64,000 nt of DNA, taken from Blastocatellales bacterium. Its GTDB lineage: Bacteria > Acidobacteriota > Blastocatellia > RBC074. A model generated the notes under the pieces. The model did no database searches. It was given only the letters and a program-made list of their open reading frames with translations, and was not told the origin of the DNA. Shown here piece after piece: positions 57,650 to 64,000 of the stretch. A program made the translations under genes and the position numbers. The DNA lies in assembly GCA_050247435.1 (NCBI GenBank), contig JBFWUF010000044.1, positions 321-64,320 on the forward strand, given 5' to 3'. Every line of letters starts with the position of its first letter. Positions within the stretch are counted from its first letter, which is position 1.

Positions 57650-58894
57650 ATGGCAAATCGTGATTACGACGTTGTGCTTTACGGCGCCAGCGGCTTCACC
57701 GGCAAACAAACTGTCCGGTATTTCGCCGAGAAGGCGCCTCCGGGCGATTTGCGTTGGGCCATCGCCGGACGTAACCGAGAGAAGCTTGAGGCTGTGAAGA
57801 TGCAGGTCGGCGGCGCAGCCAAAGACGTGGACGTGTTGGTGGCTGACAGTCGTGATCAGACGGCAGTGGACGCCATCGTTTCACGGACGCGCGTGATGCT
57901 GACGACTGCGGGGCCTTTTGCGCTATATGGGGGCGCAATCGTCGATGCCTGCGTGCGGTTCAAGACACACTATGTCGACATTACGGGCGAGACGACCTGG
58001 GTCAAAGGTCTCATTGATCGTTATCACAACCAAGCGGCTGCTGACGGGACACGGATCATTCCGTGCTGTGGATTCGATTCGGCGCCATCGGATCTGGGCG
58101 CCTACCTTGTCGTCCGGCACATGCAGCGAGAGATCGGTGTGTCGTGCAAAGAAGTGAAGGCCTATTTTCAGGTTTCCGGCGGGGTCAATGGCGGCACTCT
58201 GGCCACCGTATTCAATCTCTATGATTCGGGCCAGGCGGATCGAGCGCGCGATCCTTTTCTCTTGAACCCGCCTGGAGAGCGTTCCAACACGGAGATCGAA
58301 CGAAACCAGGACCCAACGCTGCCTCGGTACGATAAAGACATTGACGCGTGGGTCGGGCCTTTTTTCATGGGACCGATCAATACGCGAGTCGTGCGGCGCA
58401 GTAGCGCTTTATATGAACAGTGGCAAGATCCTTACGGACCGGACTTCAGCTATCAGGAATACATGAAGTTCGAGGGGCTATTCGGCCATTTAGACCATTT
58501 AGGGTGGCTGCAGGCCGCTGGTTTGACGGCGGGAGCGGCGCTTTTTGAGATCGCGCTGCGATCCCCGGTCCGCCACCTGATGAAATCTATCCTGCCGCAA
58601 CCGGGCGACGGGCCTTCAGAGAAAACCATGAATGAAGGATGGTTCCGCTGTGAGTTGTTGGGCCTGACCAGCGACGGACGAAAAACCCATGGCCTGATTC
58701 GCGACCAGGGAGACCCAGGGAATCGCGCCACCGTCAAATTTCTATGCGAGTCGGCTCTGGGCCTGGCAGTGAACACTGACGAGTTGCCCGGCGGCGCGCA
58801 GCGCGGCGGCATACTGACCCCGGCCACGGGCCTTGGAGATGTCCTCGCGAATAGGCTTCGCAATGCAGGAATGACAATTGAGGTCGAGAGATGA
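57650..58894 (+). CDS. saccharopine-dehydrogenase-like NAD(P)-binding protein
   Basis: VVLYGASGFTGKQ Rossmann motif and Sacchrp_dh-like layout. 414 aa. Confidence 0.7.
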   Translation: MANRDYDVVLYGASGFTGKQTVRYFAEKAPPGDLRWAIAGRNREKLEAVKMQVGGAAKDVDVLVADSRDQTAVDAIVSRTRVMLTTAGPFALYGGAIVDACVRFKTHYVDITGETTWVKGLIDRYHNQAAADGTRIIPCCGFDSAPSDLGAYLVVRHMQREIGVSCKEVKAYFQVSGGVNGGTLATVFNLYDSGQADRARDPFLLNPPGERSNTEIERNQDPTLPRYDKDIDAWVGPFFMGPINTRVVRRSSALYEQWQDPYGPDFSYQEYMKFEGLFGHLDHLGWLQAAGLTAGAALFEIALRSPVRHLMKSILPQPGDGPSEKTMNEGWFRCELLGLTSDGRKTHGLIRDQGDPGNRATVKFLCESALGLAVNTDELPGGAQRGGILTPATGLGDVLANRLRNAGMTIEVER

Positions 58895-58936
58895 ACAAAA
58901 ATCACATCGAAACATCGCGAAGAGAGGGAAATCCGT

Positions 58937-59407
58937 ATGAGCGCGAAGCCAATACCGAACTGGCGGGATGACGGCGTGAAGGTGATCCCAGGCGACCAGC
59001 TTGATTTGAACACGGCGCAAACGCCCGGGATGACGCGCGCGGCGGCGATTACCCATGCCAGAACCGGCGCCAGTAAGCTATGGGCAGGCACAGTCAACAT
59101 AGAGCCGAACGCCAAAACGGGCGCGCACCATCACGGCGAACTGGAAAGTGTGATATACGTGGTCAGCGGTCGTGCGCGAATGCGTTGGGGAGAACAACTT
59201 GAATTTACTGCGGAAGCCGGGCCGGGCGATTTTATCTATGTTCCCCCATTCGTGCCTCATCAGGAGATCAACGCCAGCCGTGACGAGATTTTGAGTTGTG
59301 TTCTGGTGCGCAGCGGGCAGGAACCGGTCGTCGTCAATTTAGACATTGAACCCGTGGAAGCCCCGGATGAAGTTTACTGGGTCGACTCGATTCACCCTCA
59401 TCCATAA
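58937..59407 (+). CDS. cupin-domain protein
   Basis: [17 protein letters not shown] ... [13 protein letters not shown], the two cupin motifs. Confidence 0.65.
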   Translation: MSAKPIPNWRDDGVKVIPGDQLDLNTAQTPGMTRAAAITHARTGASKLWAGTVNIEPNAKTGAHHHGELESVIYVVSGRARMRWGEQLEFTAEAGPGDFIYVPPFVPHQEINASRDEILSCVLVRSGQEPVVVNLDIEPVEAPDEVYWVDSIHPHP

Positions 59408-59417
59408 TTCGAAGAAA

Positions 59418-62204
59418 ATGATGCGAATTCGCCAAGGCAAACTCCTTGCCCTTCTTCTTCTTGCTTTGATTGCCGCGCTCATTCGCTCTACCGATGTTAC
59501 GCGAGTCGGCGCCACAGCCACGCAGAGCGATGATCGGCGGCATTGGGCGTTTGTCCCTCCGATCAAATCCGCGCTCCCGCCAGTGAACAACGCCGGATGG
59601 GTACGGAATTCGATCGACAGTTTCGTGCTCGCGCGCCTGGAAGCGCAAGGCCTCGCGCCATCGCCGGAAGCGACCAGGACGGAACTGATCCGCCGTCTCA
59701 GCCTGGACATGACGGGCCTGCCGCCGACGCTGAAAGAGATCGATCAATATCTGGACGATGAGTCCCCAGACGCGTATGAAAAGCTGGTCGAGCGCATGCT
59801 GGCCAGCCCTCATTACGGCGAAAGATGGGGTCGCCATTGGTTGGATGTCGCGCGCTATGCCGACACAAACGGTTACGAGAAAGACCAGGCGCGCTCGATC
59901 TGGCCCTATCGCGACTGGGTCATCCGGGCGTTCAATGACGACAAGCCTTTCGATCAATTCACAATCGAGCAACTGGCCGGCGACCTGCTGCCCGCGCCGA
60001 CCCTGGAGCAACGCATCGCGACCGGCTTCCTGCGCAATTCGATGCGCAACGAAGAAGGCTCGGTCCAGCCCGAACAGTTCCGAGTGGAAGGATTGATCGA
60101 TCGCGTGGACGCCATCAGCAAGTCGTTTCTGGGATTAACCATCGCCTGCGCCCAATGTCACACACACAAGTACGATCCCATTAGCCACCAGGAGTATTAC
60201 AAGTTCTACGCCCTTCTCAACAGTGATGAAGAGCCATATCTGGAAGTCACGAGCGAGGACCTGGCCGCCAAACGCGCGGAGATCGAGGGGCGCATCGCAC
60301 GCATCGAAGATGAGTGGATCGCGAAAGATTCCGGACTGATGAAGCGCTACGCCGACCGGGAATCTCGGGCGCGCCTGTACCAGGATAAGTGGCGGGTATT
60401 GCCGATCACGGAATTCTTTTCGTCCCGCGCCAAGATCGAAGAGCGCCTCGACGACGGCTCGGTGCGCGTGGAGTCCTATCGTTACCCGGAAGCCGCATTC
60501 TTCGTAAAATCGAAAACCGATCTGAAGAACATCACCGGGGTCCGCCTGGAATTGCTGACCGATCCTTGCTTGCGCCGCAACGGTCCCGGGGTTTCAGAAA
60601 CCGGAGCGCTCGTTTTGACCGATTTTGCGCTGGAAGCCAGTCCGGCAAGCGGGAGCAATGCGGCGCCCGGAACTGAAGCAGGGCCGCAAAAAATTCTCTT
60701 CACAAAAGCCGAAGCCGATTTCGAACGCGCTGACGCGCCGCTCGCCCTCGCGCTCGACACCGATCCGAAGAGCGGGTGGAGTTCCGACGCCGGGCCTGTA
60801 CGACGCAATCAGGACCGCAAGCTGGTTTTCACCGCGAAAACGCCGTTTGGCTTCGAAGGGGGAACAAACCTCGCATTCACGATCGCTCACATGGCGGGCG
60901 GCGTGCAAATCACCGGACGATTCCGGCTCTCCGTCACCACCGAGCCGGTTCCGCCCTTTGACCCCTTGCCCGCCGGAGTTCGGCGCATCCTCTCGATTCC
61001 CGCGGCCGAGCGAACGAAGGCGCAACAACGTGAAGCGCGTTCATATTTTATCTCCGTTGACCCACAAAGCGCCGCCGCGCGTGAAGCGATTGACGAAGCC
61101 ATCAAGAACTGGCCATACGGCGTCACGACGATGACGCTCGCCGCGCGTTCGACCCCTCGCGCGACCTATTTGTTCAAACGCGGGGACTGGCGAAAGCCCG
61201 ACGTTGCGGTCACCCCAGACACGCCGGCTTTTCTGCATCCATTTCCGAAGGACGCGCCGCGCAATCGGCTCGGCCTAGCTCGTTGGATCACTGCAAAAGA
61301 TAACCCGCTTACGGCGCGCGTCATCGTGAATCGCGTCTGGCAGCAATATTTCGGCCAGGGATTGGCGCCGACGCCCGAAGATTTCGGCACGCGCAGCGAA
61401 ACGCCTTCGCATCCCGAACTGCTGGATTGGCTGGCGATTGAATTCCGCGACCAGGGCTGGAGTTTGAAAAAGCTGCATCGCCTGATCGTAAACTCGGCGA
61501 CCTATCGCCAATCGTCTAAAGTCACGCCGCGACTGTTGGAGAAAGATCCAACGAACAGATGGCTGGCGCGCGCCCCGCGACTGCGTGTGGAGGCCGAAGT
61601 CGTGCGCGATCAGGCGCTGGCGGCCGCCGGCTTGCTCAACCGGAAGATTGGCGGGCCGCCCGTCTTTTCGCCGATTCCGGCTGGCGTGCTCGACATGGGC
61701 TTCGGCGGCGCGATGGCCTGGACCGAGGCCAGGGGGGAAGATCGCTATCGCCGCGCGATGTACACGTTTTGGAAACGCACCGTGCCTTATCCGAGTCTCT
61801 CGACGTTCGACGCCCCGAACGCCGATGTCTCCTGTCCGCGCCGGGTCCGATCGAACACGCCATTGCAGGCTCTGACTACGCTGAACGACAAACTCTTTAT
61901 GGAAGCGGCGCAGGGACTTGCGCTGCGCGCCTGGAAAGAAGGCGGCGGGGACGACCGGTCAAAGTTGAGTTACGCCTTTCGGCTCTGCGCGGGGCGTCGC
62001 CCCGATCAATTTGAAGAGAAAGAATTGTTGGAGCTGCTGCAAACCGAGTATCGAAACTTCGATGGTCAGACGGCATTGGCCGTATATGTCTCGGCGGCCG
62101 ATCTGGAGAATCTGCCGGCGGGAGTTGACCTGCATAAGGTCGCCGCGTGGACGATCGTCGCACGTGTGCTGCTCAATCTCGATGAGGTCATTACGCGAAA
62201 ATGA
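59418..62204 (+). CDS. DUF1549/DUF1553 (PSCyt2/PSD1) family secreted protein
   Basis: Signal peptide [21 protein letters not shown]. Conserved [15 protein letters not shown] and [11 protein letters not shown] motifs. The start is placed after the cupin gene ends. Confidence 0.75.
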   Translation: MMRIRQGKLLALLLLALIAALIRSTDVTRVGATATQSDDRRHWAFVPPIKSALPPVNNAGWVRNSIDSFVLARLEAQGLAPSPEATRTELIRRLSLDMTGLPPTLKEIDQYLDDESPDAYEKLVERMLASPHYGERWGRHWLDVARYADTNGYEKDQARSIWPYRDWVIRAFNDDKPFDQFTIEQLAGDLLPAPTLEQRIATGFLRNSMRNEEGSVQPEQFRVEGLIDRVDAISKSFLGLTIACAQCHTHKYDPISHQEYYKFYALLNSDEEPYLEVTSEDLAAKRAEIEGRIARIEDEWIAKDSGLMKRYADRESRARLYQDKWRVLPITEFFSSRAKIEERLDDGSVRVESYRYPEAAFFVKSKTDLKNITGVRLELLTDPCLRRNGPGVSETGALVLTDFALEASPASGSNAAPGTEAGPQKILFTKAEADFERADAPLALALDTDPKSGWSSDAGPVRRNQDRKLVFTAKTPFGFEGGTNLAFTIAHMAGGVQITGRFRLSVTTEPVPPFDPLPAGVRRILSIPAAERTKAQQREARSYFISVDPQSAAAREAIDEAIKNWPYGVTTMTLAARSTPRATYLFKRGDWRKPDVAVTPDTPAFLHPFPKDAPRNRLGLARWITAKDNPLTARVIVNRVWQQYFGQGLAPTPEDFGTRSETPSHPELLDWLAIEFRDQGWSLKKLHRLIVNSATYRQSSKVTPRLLEKDPTNRWLARAPRLRVEAEVVRDQALAAAGLLNRKIGGPPVFSPIPAGVLDMGFGGAMAWTEARGEDRYRRAMYTFWKRTVPYPSLSTFDAPNADVSCPRRVRSNTPLQALTTLNDKLFMEAAQGLALRAWKEGGGDDRSKLSYAFRLCAGRRPDQFEEKELLELLQTEYRNFDGQTALAVYVSAADLENLPAGVDLHKVAAWTIVARVLLNLDEVITRK

Positions 62205-63631
62205 ACTACCGAACCGAACTCATTCATGAAGGCCGCAAGCTGATCACCCGCCGTCATTTTTTCAAAGACTGCGGCGTCGGTGTGGGCTCAATCGCATTGG
62301 CTTCGCTGCTCAAGAACGATCTGCGCGCGCAGCAGAACCCTCTCGCGCCGAAGCCGCCGCATTTCCCCGCGAAAGCTAAACGCGTAATCTATCTGTTCCA
62401 GGCGGGCGGCCCCTCACATCTTGATTTGTTCGACTACAAGCCCGCGCTCGCGAAGTTCGACGGCACGGTTCCTCCGCCTGATTTGTTGAAAAACGTCCAG
62501 AACGTCTTCCTCGCGCCTGACGCGGCGCTCTACGCCTCGGAGTTCAAGTTTGCGAAGTACGGCCAGTCGGGCGCGGAGCTCTCCGAGGCGCTACCGCATC
62601 TCGCCACTGTCGTGGATGACATCCTCATCGTCAAATCCATCGTCACTGACGCCGTGAATCACGCGCCGGCGCAGATATTCATGAACACTGGATCGGCGCA
62701 GTTCGGGAGGCCGAGCTTCGGTTCGTGGGTGACGTATGGCTTGGGCAGCGAATCGCAGGATTTGCCGGGCTTCGTGGTGCTCTCCTCGGCGAATGGGACC
62801 AGCGGCGGCGCATCGAACTGGGGCTGCGGCTTTCTGCCGACGGTCTATCAGGGCGTAGCGTTTCGACGATCAGGGGATCCGATTCTGGCGCTCTCGAACC
62901 CTCGCGGTATTACACGTGAGATGCAGCGCCGTTCACTGGATGCTCTCAAACGGCTGAACGAGCACTCGTTGGAACTCGAAGGCGACCCTGAGATCGCCAC
63001 GCGGATCAATTCTTTCGAGATGGCCTACCGCATGCAGGAGAGCGCGCCGGAGTTGATGGATCTGAGCCGTGAGTCAAACGCGACGCTGGAGATGTACGGC
63101 GCGACGCCCGGCAAGAACTCCTTCGCCAATAATTGCCTGCTGGCGCGGCGGCTGGTCAAACGCGGCGTGCGCTTTGTGCAGCTTTATCACGAAGCATGGG
63201 ACCATCACAAAGAAGTCGTCCCGGGCGTGAAAGCGCAAGCCAAGGCGACCGATCAGGCGTCGGCGGCGCTCGTCAAGGATTTGAAGCGGCGCGGGTTGCT
63301 CGACGACACGATCGTCATCTGGGGCGGCGAATTCGGCCGCACGCCGATGATCCAGAACGAACCTGAAAACAATTACCTGCGCGGCCGCGACCACCACGAC
63401 AGGTTTACGATGTGGATGGCAGGCGGCGGATTCAAGCGCGGCGGCGCCGTCGGCCAAACTGATGAGCTCGGATTCACAGTCGTCAAAGACCGCGTCCACG
63501 TGCATGATCTGCATGCCACGCTGCTTTACCTGCTCGGCTTTGATCACGAGCGATTGACCTACCGCTTCCAGGGACGCGATTTTCGTCTGACGGACGTGGC
63601 GGGCATCGTCCAGCCAAAATTGCTGGCTTGA
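62201..63631 (+). CDS. DUF1501 family (sulfatase-like, Tat-signal) protein
   Basis: [15 protein letters not shown] Tat-like N-terminus. A DUF1501 partner overlapping the DUF1553 gene stop (ATGA). Confidence 0.75.
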   Translation: MNYRTELIHEGRKLITRRHFFKDCGVGVGSIALASLLKNDLRAQQNPLAPKPPHFPAKAKRVIYLFQAGGPSHLDLFDYKPALAKFDGTVPPPDLLKNVQNVFLAPDAALYASEFKFAKYGQSGAELSEALPHLATVVDDILIVKSIVTDAVNHAPAQIFMNTGSAQFGRPSFGSWVTYGLGSESQDLPGFVVLSSANGTSGGASNWGCGFLPTVYQGVAFRRSGDPILALSNPRGITREMQRRSLDALKRLNEHSLELEGDPEIATRINSFEMAYRMQESAPELMDLSRESNATLEMYGATPGKNSFANNCLLARRLVKRGVRFVQLYHEAWDHHKEVVPGVKAQAKATDQASAALVKDLKRRGLLDDTIVIWGGEFGRTPMIQNEPENNYLRGRDHHDRFTMWMAGGGFKRGGAVGQTDELGFTVVKDRVHVHDLHATLLYLLGFDHERLTYRFQGRDFRLTDVAGIVQPKLLA

Positions 63632-63644
63632 CTCATAATCAATC

Positions 63645-63696
63645 AATGATCCGGCGCGCTTACCGATTTTGGTTGGCGTCGTAATCCGGAAACAAC
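63645..63696. repeat. 52-bp direct repeat, copy B
   Basis: See copy A. Covers the 3' end of the HTH ORF. Confidence 0.85.
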
Positions 63697-63890
63697 GGCA
63701 TGCCGGCGTCCTCGCGCGATTCCTGCGGGAGCAGGTTCTCTTTTCGCAGAATCGAGCTTACCGTGCGGTAATCCATGTTGAGAGTCTTGGCGACCTGAAA
63801 TTCGCGTCCTATCTCGAAAAAAGCCTCAACCACGTATCGCTTTCTGATCTCGGGCATCGTCGGCCAGTCTTCGAGAGGGTTAGCGTTCAT
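63660..63890 (-). CDS. small helix-turn-helix protein (76 aa), possibly an IS transposase OrfA-like or regulatory HTH
   Basis: HTH-like EFQVAKTLNMDYRTVSSIL. Another minus-strand ORF upstream runs off the window edge. Confidence 0.4.
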   Translation of the reverse strand: MNANPLEDWPTMPEIRKRYVVEAFFEIGREFQVAKTLNMDYRTVSSILRKENLLPQESREDAGMPLFPDYDANQNR

Positions 63891-64000
63891 CAGGCTCCGA
63901 AGAAAATCTCGTGTCAGATCGTCAGTCTTACGCCTGGCGGGCTGAATGTATCGCCGGACATCTTCGGGAAAGATGCGCCTGCCGGAGAAGGTGATGAGCT

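Noticed and set aside
1-64000. CRISPR arrays, rRNA or tRNA genes
   Set aside because: No regularly spaced short direct repeats were seen. No T-loop-like GGTTCGAATCC-type elements were found in intergenic regions scanned by eye, so no attB-type tRNA was identified. tRNAscan/Infernal should still be run.

Overview
This 64-kb window is ~60% GC bacterial DNA. Coding is dense on both strands. The right end (57.6–63.6 kb) carries housekeeping-type genes: a saccharopine-dehydrogenase-like protein, a cupin, and a DUF1549/DUF1553 + DUF1501 pair of the kind seen in Planctomycetes, Acidobacteria and Verrucomicrobia. Most of the window (~6–57 kb) looks like one accessory island built from DNA-metabolism, defence and mobile-element genes. 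No capsid, terminase or conjugation genes were recognised. Main content, left to right:
- a truncated hypothetical gene and a RecD-like SF1 helicase;
- an HNH nuclease + GHKL-ATPase gene pair;
- a PAPS-reductase-like PP-loop protein with a Cys-rich partner and a small acidic partner;
- a second-copy-type beta sliding clamp and a Rad52/22-family annealing protein;
- a radical-SAM gene (NrdG/YjjW-like) split into two fragments by a ~4.3-kb insertion. The insertion carries two tandem tyrosine recombinases plus an intact rSAM paralog, arranged like Tn554 TnpA/TnpB. It has 14-bp inverted repeats at both junctions and a perfect 25-bp-stem palindrome inside;
- an AAA+ – DUF1257 – DUF2997 three-gene module;
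- a DarB-like N6-methyltransferase–SNF2 helicase gene split into three ORFs;
- a complete 7-deazaguanine DNA-modification/restriction island of the Dpd type. The plus strand carries queC-queE-queD-folE2 followed by eight large genes in DpdE–K-like order: SNF2 helicase, RecQ-like helicase, a P-loop ATPase, a DEAD/DUF1998-like helicase and a PLD-like protein among them. The minus strand carries a DpdC-like gene and a TGT-like dpdA flanked by two DGQHR (DpdB-like) paralogs;
- a cassette of a RecA/ImuA-like protein, a small protein and a family-B DNA polymerase.
Several repeat structures are also reported. No rRNA, tRNA or CRISPR array was recognised by eye. Family assignments rest on motifs read directly from the translations. 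Every call that depends on homology needs HMM/BLAST confirmation.
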